DNA from: Clostridia bacterium
Lineage (GTDB): Bacteria; Bacillota; Peptococcia; Peptococcales; BICA1-8
Direction of reading: 5' to 3'
Assembly: GCA_012720075.1 (NCBI GenBank)
Contig: JAAXZE010000031.1
Span: forward strand, 1 to 43,784
DNA length: 43,784 bases
This document shows positions 9,760-18,266 of the stretch, in pieces. The notes under the pieces were generated by a model. It was not told where the DNA came from and did no database searches. It saw only the letters and a list, made by a program, of their open reading frames with translations. The stretch's first letter is position 1, and every line of letters begins with the position of its first letter. A program made the translations under genes and the position numbers.

Positions 9760-10300
9760 AGCAATAGGAATGATTGAACTATCCAGTATTGCCAGAGGAA
9801 TTGTGGTGGCGGATTTAATGCTTAAAACGGCTTTTGTCCAAGTTGTAACGGCAACTTCTGTTTGTCCGGGCAAATATATCATTGTTGTCCAGGGAGAAGT
9901 TGCTGCCGTGGAAAGCTCAGTTAATGCGGGACTTGAAAAGGCAAGGGAGTATTTGATAGATAGTTTCGTTCTCCCTAATGTTCATGACTCTGTTTTTTCT
10001 GCAATTACAGCCACTACTATGCCTGATCGGCTGGAGGCCATTGGAATAATGGAATCTTTCTCCTTGGCATCGATGATAATTGCGGCCGATGCCGCACTGA
10101 AGGCTGCAGACATTCAAGCCCTGGAGTTATGTTTAGGCAGGGGGCTGGGAGGTAAAGCTTATTTCACCTTTACCGGTGATGTGGCCGCTGTGCAGGCGGG
10201 TATCGATGCAGGAAAAGCCCTGGTTCTGAAAAACGGCCTTTTGGTTGATGTAGAAGTAATTCCTTCTCCGTCGGAAAAGCTGTGGCCTTCGCTGTTATAA
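9752..10300 (+). CDS. BMC-T tandem-domain shell protein (PduT-like)
   Basis: 182 aa with two BMC domains (IGMIELSSIARGIVVADLMLK... and IGIMESFSLASMIIAADAALK...). Cys38 sits in SVCPGKY, the position of the PduT 4Fe-4S ligand as I recall it. Confidence 0.85.
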   Translation: MYKAIGMIELSSIARGIVVADLMLKTAFVQVVTATSVCPGKYIIVVQGEVAAVESSVNAGLEKAREYLIDSFVLPNVHDSVFSAITATTMPDRLEAIGIMESFSLASMIIAADAALKAADIQALELCLGRGLGGKAYFTFTGDVAAVQAGIDAGKALVLKNGLLVDVEVIPSPSEKLWPSLL

Positions 10301-10348
10301 AAAGTATTCTCACATATTTGGTTCATTTAAACGAAAGGAGGTGCTACC

Positions 10349-11020
10349 TTGAAAAAACTTGTTTGTGCAGAAGTGGTTAAAGCTGCGGCAGAAAAGGGTC
10401 AGAAAACCATCAGCTTGGAGTGTAATACCCTTATTACCCCGGCTGCCAGGGATCTGGCCAAAGAATTGGGCGTAGAATTTGTAACAGGTTCATCTGCCGG
10501 AGAAAAGGGCCGCTGCCAAAATAATGTTTTTCAGAAGAATGAAACTCTAAAGAATATTGACAGGGATCTTATTTACCAAATTGTAAAAGTGATATTGTCA
10601 AATAACCTCCTGCAAAATGCAGCGGACCTGCCTTCTTATAAACCTTTTTGTATAGATGGTGACCCGGAAAGCGGATTAAAGATTGTCCGAGGCAGGACAG
10701 TAAAATTTGCCCCCCTTTACCCAGGTGATACAAATAAAAAAGTAGCTTGTTGTGATGTGGCAAAAGAAGAAAACGGTCAGATGCGAGCAGGGTTTTTGAC
10801 CATGGAAAAATCCTGTTTTGACGGAGATCTGGGCAATGACGAAATAAATGTTATTTTGGAAGGAAGTATGTCGGTAAATATCAACGGAAATACTTTCGAA
10901 GTTTGCCAGGGGGATGTTCTCCTCATACCTAAAGGGTCTAAAGTAACAAGAAGTTCTTCAGGGTATGTCAAACTCTTTTATGTAACCGGAAACCGGGCAA
11001 ACCTTATGGTACACCAATAG
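10349..11020 (+). CDS. eutQ: EutQ-like cupin protein
   Basis: TTG start after AAAGGAGGTG. C-terminal cupin barrel: EINVILEGSMSVNINGNTFEVCQGDVLLIPKGSKV. The N-terminal ..LITPAARDLAKELGVEF motif is shared with ORF 6345. Confidence 0.75.
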   Translation: MKKLVCAEVVKAAAEKGQKTISLECNTLITPAARDLAKELGVEFVTGSSAGEKGRCQNNVFQKNETLKNIDRDLIYQIVKVILSNNLLQNAADLPSYKPFCIDGDPESGLKIVRGRTVKFAPLYPGDTNKKVACCDVAKEENGQMRAGFLTMEKSCFDGDLGNDEINVILEGSMSVNINGNTFEVCQGDVLLIPKGSKVTRSSSGYVKLFYVTGNRANLMVHQ

Positions 11021-11036
11021 GATAGGAGGGTAAATT

Positions 11037-11585
11037 ATGCAGGCTCTTGGCTTAATAGAGACATGGGGACTCCTTCCTGCTATTGAATGTGCGGATGTAA
11101 TGCTCAAGACAGCTCCAGTGGAACTGTTAGAAAGAACTTTTGTAGGCGGTGGGTATGTAACCATTACGATAACGGGTGATGTGGCGGCTGTTAAAGCGGC
11201 AGTAGAAGCCGGAGTGTCGGCGGTTGAGAGAATCAGCCAATCATTATTAAAATCTTGCCATGTTATTCCCAGACCTCATTCAGAAGTTGAGGGCACAGTG
11301 ATTCTGGTAAAGGCGACATCTCCCCAGAAAAAACCGTCAAACAGCGCTATCTCTGTTCCGCTGCATCTTGAGCTTTATAACAAAAAGGAAGTTGACGCTT
11401 TCTTTCAGGATTTTGGTTTTGAACAAAGTGTAAATGCTCTAAAAATGCTCTCGGTAGAAAAATTACGCAGGTTGGCAAGAGATTACAAAGAACTGGATAT
11501 AGCCGGCAGGGCCATATCCAGAGCCAACAAAGAATTGCTGATTCAACAAATTGCAGAATATTACCGCAAAGAGTTTAACAAATAA
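11037..11585 (+). CDS. BMC-H shell protein with a C-terminal SAP/HeH (Rho_N-like) extension
   Basis: Residues 1-90 are a canonical BMC-H domain (ALGLIETWGLLPAIECADVMLK...GGGYVTITITGDVAAVKAAVEAG...HVIPRPH). The roughly 90-aa tail contains LSVEKLRRLARDYKELDIAGRAISRANKELLIQQIAEYY. Confidence 0.85.
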   Translation: MQALGLIETWGLLPAIECADVMLKTAPVELLERTFVGGGYVTITITGDVAAVKAAVEAGVSAVERISQSLLKSCHVIPRPHSEVEGTVILVKATSPQKKPSNSAISVPLHLELYNKKEVDAFFQDFGFEQSVNALKMLSVEKLRRLARDYKELDIAGRAISRANKELLIQQIAEYYRKEFNK

Positions 11586-11620
11586 TCTTTGTGAAAAAAG
11601 ACAGAGAGAGGTAGAGTAAA

Positions 11621-13102
11621 TTGCAAACCTTTGATTTTGATTTACAATCGGTGCAAGAGGCCAGAAATCTGGCCCGTCAGGCTAAATTGGCCCAGCAAGA
11701 ACTGGCTAAATTTAATAACGAACAGATTGAAAAAATTATCTGCAATATGGTGAAAGCAGCCGAAGAGAATGCCGTTTCTCTGGCTGAATTAGCGGTGAAA
11801 GAAACGGGATTTGGCAAAGTAGAAGATAAAACTTTCAAAAATATTTTTGCTTCCACAGAATTGTACAAATTCATTAAGCCAATGAAAACCATTGGAGTAA
11901 TTAATGAAGACAAGATCAATAAGATTATAGAAATTGCGGAACCTGTAGGGTTATTGCTGGGTATTGTCCCTTCAACCAATCCTACATCTACAACCATCTA
12001 TAAATCTATTATTGCCATAAAATCCCGTAACGGCATTGTATTTTCGCCCCACCCTTCGGCTCTCAAATGTACCCTGGAAGCTGCCAGGTTAATGAATGAA
12101 GCGGCAGCCGCTGCCGGGGCTCCGCAGAATATTATCGGTTGTGTATCTAAGGTTTCCATGAAGGCGACCGAAGAACTCATGAAATGTCCTGAAGTTGATA
12201 TGATAATTGCCACCGGGGGCTCAGCCATGGTCAAATCCGCCTATAGTGCCGGGAAACCGGCCTTGGGTGTAGGACCCGGCAATGTTCCGGCTTTTATTGA
12301 AAAAACTGCAAATATTTCGAAGGCTGTAAAAAATATTATCACAAGTAAAACCTTTGATAATGGGACTATATGTGCTTCTGAGCAAGCAGTCATTGTGGAA
12401 GAATGCATTCGCGACCGGGTTATAGAAGAATTCAAACGTCAGGGCGGCTATTTCTTAACCCCTGAGGAGACTAAAAAGGTTGCCGAGAAGATATTTATCA
12501 ACGGTCATACCATGAATGCCAAGTTTGTGGGGAGATCAGCGGCTGAAGTAGCTGCCGGCGCCGGTATAACCATTCCGCCGGGTACCAAGGTTCTCTTGGG
12601 TGAACAAGAAGGGGTAGGGCCGGAATATCCTTTGTCCTACGAGAAGCTGACCACAGTACTGGCTTTTTATACCGTAAAAGATTGGCAAGAAGCCTGTGAA
12701 TTGTGCATTAAACTTTTAAATAACGGTGGTGTAGGACATACCCTGTCCATTCATACGGAAAATGAGGAAATGGTCATGAGATTCTCTGAAAAACCGGTAT
12801 TTAGGATTTTGGTAAACACTCCCTCCACCCATGGCGGTGTGGGAGCTAGTACCGGCCTTGCTCCCGCCTTTACCCTGGGGTGCGGTACATGGGGCGGCAG
12901 CGCTACTTCGGATAATGTGACACCTTTGCACCTAATTAATAAAAAGCGGGTGGCCTATGGTATTAAAGAGTGTAGTGAAAACTCAAATATATCCTATTTA
13001 AAAAACGTGCAAAGTACAAATTTTGCCGATTTTAGTGAAGATCAGCTTATTTCGTTGGTGGATGAGGTCCTCTCACTTTTAAAGAAACGGGGTGAACTTT
13101 AA
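11621..13102 (+). CDS. CoA-acylating aldehyde dehydrogenase paralog 2 (catalytic Cys present) with a C-terminal encapsulation-peptide-like tail
   Basis: FDNGTICASEQA (Cys251), ATGGSAMVKSAY, GVGPGNVP, LGCGTWGGS. The C-terminal tail is EDQLISLVDEVLSLLKKRGEL. TTG start. Confidence 0.9.
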   Translation: MQTFDFDLQSVQEARNLARQAKLAQQELAKFNNEQIEKIICNMVKAAEENAVSLAELAVKETGFGKVEDKTFKNIFASTELYKFIKPMKTIGVINEDKINKIIEIAEPVGLLLGIVPSTNPTSTTIYKSIIAIKSRNGIVFSPHPSALKCTLEAARLMNEAAAAAGAPQNIIGCVSKVSMKATEELMKCPEVDMIIATGGSAMVKSAYSAGKPALGVGPGNVPAFIEKTANISKAVKNIITSKTFDNGTICASEQAVIVEECIRDRVIEEFKRQGGYFLTPEETKKVAEKIFINGHTMNAKFVGRSAAEVAAGAGITIPPGTKVLLGEQEGVGPEYPLSYEKLTTVLAFYTVKDWQEACELCIKLLNNGGVGHTLSIHTENEEMVMRFSEKPVFRILVNTPSTHGGVGASTGLAPAFTLGCGTWGGSATSDNVTPLHLINKKRVAYGIKECSENSNISYLKNVQSTNFADFSEDQLISLVDEVLSLLKKRGEL

Positions 13103-13104
13103 AA

Positions 13105-13746
13105 GTGGGAAAGTATGACGCTTTGGCGGAGCTTCTGCTGGAAGTGCTCAAAGAAGGGGGGAACATAAAAAAGGATACTAACGCTATACCTGTGGGTATA
13201 TCTAACCGTCATATTCATCTTTCCCAAAAGGATTTAGATTGCCTATTCGGTCAGGGATATGAACTGACAAAGCTCAAAGATTTGAGTCAACCTATGCAGT
13301 ATGCCTGTAAAGAAACAGTGATTATCTGTGGACCCAAAGGGGCAATTGAAAATGTTCGCGTCCTTGGACCTGTGCGCAAGGAGACCCAGGTAGAGATCCT
13401 TCAGTCCGATTGTTTCAAACTGGGGGTGATGGCTCCGGTAAGGATGTCGGGTGATTTGGAAGGAACACCGGGAATTACCGTAATTGGCCCCAAGGGAAGC
13501 GTCCAATTGTCAAAGGGAGTCATCGTCGCTCAAAGGCATATCCATATGACCCTGGAAGATGCCAAAAGATATGATGTAACCGATGGCGAACTGGTGACAA
13601 TCAAGATAAGCGATATTCGAGGAGGCACGTATTCCAATGTAGTCATACGAGCCAACGACAATTCGGCTCTGGAGTGCCATCTTGACATGGAAGAAGCCAA
13701 TGCTATGTATCTTAGTCCAAACTCGACGATTACAATTTTAAGATGA
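13105..13746 (+). CDS. pduL: PduL-type phosphotransacylase
   Basis: Two PduL repeats with GISNRHIHLS and AQRHIHMT motifs. The N-terminal amphipathic helix YDALAELLLEVLKEGG looks like an encapsulation peptide. Confidence 0.9.
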   Translation: MGKYDALAELLLEVLKEGGNIKKDTNAIPVGISNRHIHLSQKDLDCLFGQGYELTKLKDLSQPMQYACKETVIICGPKGAIENVRVLGPVRKETQVEILQSDCFKLGVMAPVRMSGDLEGTPGITVIGPKGSVQLSKGVIVAQRHIHMTLEDAKRYDVTDGELVTIKISDIRGGTYSNVVIRANDNSALECHLDMEEANAMYLSPNSTITILR

Positions 13747-13764
13747 AAATAGGAGGAATTGAAA

Positions 13765-14052
13765 ATGAAAACAGAAGCTTTAGGATTAATTGAAACCAGA
13801 GGTTTAGTAGGAGCTATTGAAGCCGCAGATGCAATGGTAAAGGCCGCCAATGTTTATCTAATAGGCCGCGAATTAGTTGGCGGAGGTCTGGTTACCGTTA
13901 TGGTAAGAGGTGATGTAGGAGCCGTAAAAGCTGCGACAGACGCCGGAGCAGCTGCAGCTCAGCGAGTTGGTGAACTCATCTCCGTTCATGTTATTCCTCG
14001 CCCTCATGGCGATGTAGAAATGATCCTTCCTTCAGTCAAGAAAGAAGCGTAA
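13765..14052 (+). CDS. BMC-H shell protein (PduA/PduJ type)
   Basis: [57 protein letters not shown]...[11 protein letters not shown] 13765 lies 8 nt after AGGAGG. The ORF track starts at TTG 13759. Confidence 0.9.
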   Translation: MKTEALGLIETRGLVGAIEAADAMVKAANVYLIGRELVGGGLVTVMVRGDVGAVKAATDAGAAAAQRVGELISVHVIPRPHGDVEMILPSVKKEA

Positions 14053-14070
14053 TCATTTTAAAAACCAAGG

Positions 14071-14099
14071 GCTGCCTCAATAAAGAGGCAGCTTTTTTT
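14071..14099 (+). terminator. Rho-independent terminator closing the BMC operon
   Basis: GCTGCCTC-aataaa-GAGGCAGC followed by T7. Confidence 0.8.
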
Positions 14100-14258
14100 A
14101 AAACTCTAAATTGATTGTTTTTATTGCCCCAATAAATCCTAATTTATTAAGATATTTTTTTGAGCTATATCAAATTGTTATATCAGGTATATTTATTACG
14201 TAATTAACAAGATTATAAGTAGTTTTTATAATAAAATTGGCTGTGAATAATTTAACAA

Positions 14259-14287
14259 TTGCACAATGTTTTGTACTTAGTTAAAAA
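14259..14287 (+). promoter_or_regulatory. Candidate sigma-A promoter for the BCCT transporter
   Basis: TTGCAC, a 17-nt spacer, then TAAAAA. The -10 match is weak and the surrounding spacer is AT-rich. Confidence 0.3.
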
Positions 14288-14318
14288 AGTCCAAAAGAGT
14301 TGTGCGTTAAATATTCAG

Positions 14319-14350
14319 GTTATACAAGCTCAAAGTTATACAAGCTAAAA
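14319..14350 (+). repeat. Tandem 16-nt direct repeat just upstream of the BCCT ribosome-binding site
   Basis: GTTATACAAGCTCAAA / GTTATACAAGCTAAAA, 15/16 identical and head to tail. Confidence 0.8.
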
Positions 14351-14367
14351 AGAGGGGAGAAAAAAGG

Positions 14368-16005
14368 ATGGAAAACGGAAAAATCGCAAAGATTAACAAA
14401 ACGGTATTTTGGGGCAGCACATTAGTCTGTTTGTTATTTTTCGGTCCGATGATCATTTTTCAGGAATCTGCCCAGGGTCTGGTAGGAAAAGTCATGTATG
14501 CTATTACCCATGGTACTGACTGGTTGTGGGAAAGTATTGTTTTCGGTGCGGTTCTATTTTCTTTGTGGTTAGCCTTTGGTCCTTACGGTAACGTAAAACT
14601 GGGAGGTCCCGACGAAAAACCTGAGTTCTCAACTTTCACTTGGTTTGCCATGATGTTTTGTGGTGGTTCAGGCGCAGGTCTTATCTATTGGGGAATTCTG
14701 GAACCAATATATTATTTAAAATGGCCTCCTTTCTGGGCAGAACCACATTCGGCACAGGCTGCTCAGTGGGCGCTGTCATACGGGATCTTTCACTGGGGTA
14801 TTAGTGCTTGGGGTACATTTGTTATACCGGCTATAGGTTTTGCGTACATGTTTTATGTCAGGAAAAAGCCTTATCTATATCCCAGCTATGCTTGTAGAGG
14901 TGTTTTCGGTGATAAGGTTGATGGAAGTTTTGGCAGAATAATAGATTTAATAATGGTTGTTGGTATGGTTGGTGGGGTAGCAACATCTTTAGGACTTATC
15001 TTACCGATGATTACCAACATAGCTGCAGATTATTTAGGCCTGCAGGACACCCTCTGGCTACGGATTGTAGTTGCCGCATTGTATTCTTGTCTGTACGGAT
15101 ATAGCTGTTACAAAGGTTTATACTCAGGGATTGCAAGAATTTCAAATATTAATATGTATATGCGCTTCCTTTTAATATTATTCGTCTTATTTGCAGGACC
15201 GACTTTATTCATGCTTTCGTTATTCTTTGATAATATCGGTATGTTATTACAAAACTTTTTACGGATGAGCTTATATACTGACCCCATAACTAAATCAGGT
15301 TTCCCCCAAGACTGGACTGTTTTCTACTGGGCATGGTGGTTTGCCTGGGCAACCTATATGGGGCTTTTCGCCACCAGAATTTCTCGCGGCAGAACTATTA
15401 AACAATTAGTCTTAAACATGCTCTTTACTGCAACTGCCGGATGTGCTACTTTCTATCTGACATTTGGTTCTTATACCGTTGATATGATCCTTAACAAGGG
15501 CGTAGATTTGATTACAATTTTACAAGAATCAGGCGGACCGGCGGTAATAACCTATTTATTAAATACTTTGCCGTTTGCTTCTGTTGCAATACCTCTGTTC
15601 CTTATCGTTATGCTTGTATCCCAGGTTACAGCCGTAGACTCGGTTTCATACACAATCTCAGCCATGTGCTGTCATGAAATAAGAGATACTCAAGAACCAC
15701 CCAAGTGGTCAAGAATATTCTGGTCTTTCATGTTATTCTTCTGCACCTGCTCACTTTTTGTAGTAGGTGGTTTACAAGTAGTACAGCTGTCATCAATTAT
15801 ACTGGCTTTCCCGGTCGCTTTTGTAACAGTAATCCTGGCTGTTTCTTTGGTTAAATGGTTGAGAGAAGACTTTGGCGAAATTGTAAAACCGAGATATTTA
15901 ACCTACGCTGATTCAAAGTTAGCTTCTGAGGTTTCCGAGACTACTGATACTGTCAACAGAACTATAACACCTGAAGCAGTTATTGCAGCAGATACCGGAA
16001 AATAA
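14368..16005 (+). CDS. BCCT-family (betaine/carnitine/choline) transporter
   Basis: 545 aa, about 12 TM segments. BCCT signature FYWAWWFAWATYMGLFATRISRGRTI. Confidence 0.9.
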   Translation: MENGKIAKINKTVFWGSTLVCLLFFGPMIIFQESAQGLVGKVMYAITHGTDWLWESIVFGAVLFSLWLAFGPYGNVKLGGPDEKPEFSTFTWFAMMFCGGSGAGLIYWGILEPIYYLKWPPFWAEPHSAQAAQWALSYGIFHWGISAWGTFVIPAIGFAYMFYVRKKPYLYPSYACRGVFGDKVDGSFGRIIDLIMVVGMVGGVATSLGLILPMITNIAADYLGLQDTLWLRIVVAALYSCLYGYSCYKGLYSGIARISNINMYMRFLLILFVLFAGPTLFMLSLFFDNIGMLLQNFLRMSLYTDPITKSGFPQDWTVFYWAWWFAWATYMGLFATRISRGRTIKQLVLNMLFTATAGCATFYLTFGSYTVDMILNKGVDLITILQESGGPAVITYLLNTLPFASVAIPLFLIVMLVSQVTAVDSVSYTISAMCCHEIRDTQEPPKWSRIFWSFMLFFCTCSLFVVGGLQVVQLSSIILAFPVAFVTVILAVSLVKWLREDFGEIVKPRYLTYADSKLASEVSETTDTVNRTITPEAVIAADTGK

Positions 16006-16032
16006 GAAAAGGATATATAAAAAGCATTTCTG

Positions 16033-16071
16033 CACAGCCTCTGGAGAAACCGGAAAGAGGCTGTGTCTTTT
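16033..16071 (+). terminator. Rho-independent terminator
   Basis: CACAGCCTCT ... AGAGGCTGTG 10-bp stem followed by TCTTTT. Confidence 0.7.
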
Positions 16072-16168
16072 AATTAGGAAATTTTCACTAATTAAACAAT
16101 TTGGTATACTGTATCCCCGCAAATAAGGTATAATAACTTGACTGAAAAAAATAAGAAAGGTGATCAGA

Positions 16169-17095
16169 ATGCGTTTGGAACAGCTATATTTTCTTATTGA
16201 AGTATATAGGTGTCAATCCATTTCTTTAGCTTCTGAACGGGCCCATATCTCTCAACCGGCCTTAAGTACTTCTATTAGTAAATTAGAATCTGAACTTGGT
16301 GTACCGCTATTAAAACGAACTAATCAAGGTGTCTTTCCGACTGAAATCGGTGAGATGATAATTCAAAAGGCCATAAAGATTGCTGAAATTATTGAAGATA
16401 TTAAGGAAATTGCTAAAATGAACTCCCTTGATTTTTGTGGAGATTTATCAATTGCTGCCGAGGCCGGGGTTAACATTTCGCTGATGCCCAATGTTTTAGT
16501 TAATTTTAAAAAGAGCTTTCCGAGAGTAAATACCTTTCTCAAGGTTGGAGAATCAAATAATATTTTGAGAGATGTAAATTCAGGAAAAGCCGACTTTGGC
16601 ATCATAATGAAGACGGAAGCTTTTAATAAAGCAAAAGATATTAAATATTTAGAGCTATTTACCGATGAATTAGTTGTCTTAGCAGGTAAAGATTGTCCGA
16701 TTTCAGATAATGAAACCACTTTGAAAGAGGCTTTATCTTTCCCTATAGTTTTATACAATACAGAATATGTCACCGATTGTGGAGTTTCCAGCATTTTGAA
16801 TAAATATGGCGATTTTAATGTTTCTTTTCGGATAGACAATTTACCCATGTTAGAAAAAATAATATCTCAGGGACAAACGCTGGTATTTGTGCCTAGGCTT
16901 ATGGCAAAAGAATATTTTAAGGAAAATAGATTCAAAACGGTTAAAATTAAAGATGTAAAAATGGAAGTAAGTGTAATTTTGATTTGGTCAAGTCGTCATC
17001 ACCTTTCTTACATTGAAAAAGAATTTATAAAAATATTACGAAAGTTCTGTCCTGAAAACAGTCCAATCAAAAAGGAAAGCGAAAAAAATAGTTAA
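16169..17095 (+). CDS. LysR-family transcriptional regulator
   Basis: The N-terminal wHTH MRLEQLYFLIEVYRCQSISLASERAHISQPALSTSISKLESELGVPLLKR is the LysR signature, followed by a substrate-binding domain. ATG 16169 is preferred over GTG 16160. Confidence 0.85.
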   Translation: MRLEQLYFLIEVYRCQSISLASERAHISQPALSTSISKLESELGVPLLKRTNQGVFPTEIGEMIIQKAIKIAEIIEDIKEIAKMNSLDFCGDLSIAAEAGVNISLMPNVLVNFKKSFPRVNTFLKVGESNNILRDVNSGKADFGIIMKTEAFNKAKDIKYLELFTDELVVLAGKDCPISDNETTLKEALSFPIVLYNTEYVTDCGVSSILNKYGDFNVSFRIDNLPMLEKIISQGQTLVFVPRLMAKEYFKENRFKTVKIKDVKMEVSVILIWSSRHHLSYIEKEFIKILRKFCPENSPIKKESEKNS

Positions 17096-17262
17096 CCATT
17101 TTAAAAAATGAATAAAAAAGGCCTGTTTTTGGCAGGTCTTGTTTTTGCTTTGCCTCAGCTTATATGGGGCATATATTTTTGCTAATTTACATTGCTCTGG
17201 CAGGTGATTATTCTATAGCTAATGGGTAGTGAAATATTACACAATGGTAAGGAGCTAATCAT

Positions 17263-18255
17263 ATGGAACAAAAAGCGCTTTTATTAGTTCAACAGAGGGA
17301 ATTGTCTTTTGCTAAAAAAGGGATTGTTCTAAGTCTTATTTCCGGTTTATTATATGGGTTGGATAGTGTCCTTTTGGGGATGGTTTTTCCTCTGGTGACT
17401 TCGACAAATAGTACCGGAATGTTAGTTGTTCCGTTAGTAATAGCCTGTATGTACGACGGCTTTGCGGCAATATGGATATTGATAAAAAATATAATCAGTG
17501 GAAAATGGCGGGAGTATGGGCGTACCCTAAGAAGCGGTTTAGCAAAAAACATTATTTTGGCAGCCATAATCGGCGGACCTATCGGTATGTTCGGTAATAT
17601 ACTGGGGATATATTTTGCGGGGCCTTCGTATGCCGCTGCCATTACTTCCGCTTACCCGGCTATAGGAGCAATCCTCGGGGGCATATTTTTAAAAGAAAAA
17701 ATATCAGCCAGAGTAGGAATAGGTGTTATTTTAGCCATTACTGGTGCATATATTGTGGCTTATGTCCCGCCGGAAGGGAGCAATCCCAATTTTTACCTGG
17801 GCATCTTCTTAGCTTTGGTTGCAGCCGTCGGTTGGGCTGTAGAAGGAGTTATGTCCACCTATGGGATGGATTTGATAGACTCCGATATTGCCATAGGTAT
17901 CCGGGAAACCATTTCATTTTTGGTATATCTTTCTATAATTATACTTTTGCCTGGCCAAGAAGCTTTTCAACTATTTTTACATACCGTTAACAGTCAAGTG
18001 GGCCTTTGCCTTGCTACAATCGGACTATTCAATGCTACTTCCTATTTGTGTTGGTATCGTTCAATGAATATGACCGGAGTAACCAGAGCCATGGGGTTAA
18101 ACGTTACCTATGCATTGTGGGCTGTATTCTTTGGCTGGTTATTAACTGGCTTAAAAATAACACCGACGTTAATAGCCGGAGTTATAATAATTTGTATAGG
18201 TACGATCCTTACCGTGGGCAATCCGAAAGAAATTATGAAGATTAGGAATAATTAG
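17263..18255 (+). CDS. Polytopic membrane permease, DMT/EamA-like (about 10 TM)
   Basis: Call rests on hydrophobicity pattern and two-halves architecture. No family-specific motif was recognised with certainty. Confidence 0.55.
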   Translation: MEQKALLLVQQRELSFAKKGIVLSLISGLLYGLDSVLLGMVFPLVTSTNSTGMLVVPLVIACMYDGFAAIWILIKNIISGKWREYGRTLRSGLAKNIILAAIIGGPIGMFGNILGIYFAGPSYAAAITSAYPAIGAILGGIFLKEKISARVGIGVILAITGAYIVAYVPPEGSNPNFYLGIFLALVAAVGWAVEGVMSTYGMDLIDSDIAIGIRETISFLVYLSIIILLPGQEAFQLFLHTVNSQVGLCLATIGLFNATSYLCWYRSMNMTGVTRAMGLNVTYALWAVFFGWLLTGLKITPTLIAGVIIICIGTILTVGNPKEIMKIRNN

Positions 18256-18266
18256 GAGGCAATAGT

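Noticed and set aside
38-14099. Interpreting the BMC locus as a B12-dependent Pdu or Eut system because of the PduS/PduT/PduL/EutJ/EutN/EutP/EutQ-like genes.
   Set aside because: There are no diol dehydratase (PduCDE) or ethanolamine ammonia-lyase (EutBC) genes and no reactivase. The signature enzyme is a glycyl radical enzyme with its radical-SAM activase and choline-specific residues.
16363-16848. A 161-aa minus-strand ORF inside the LysR gene. Similar long shadow ORFs occur at 26303-26779 (in the RND gene), 40699-41313 and 41484-41930 (in proB/proA), and 11677-12435 (in AldDH2).
   Set aside because: Each lies opposite a well-supported conserved gene. No motifs were recognised, and the composition is consistent with antisense translation of coding sequence.
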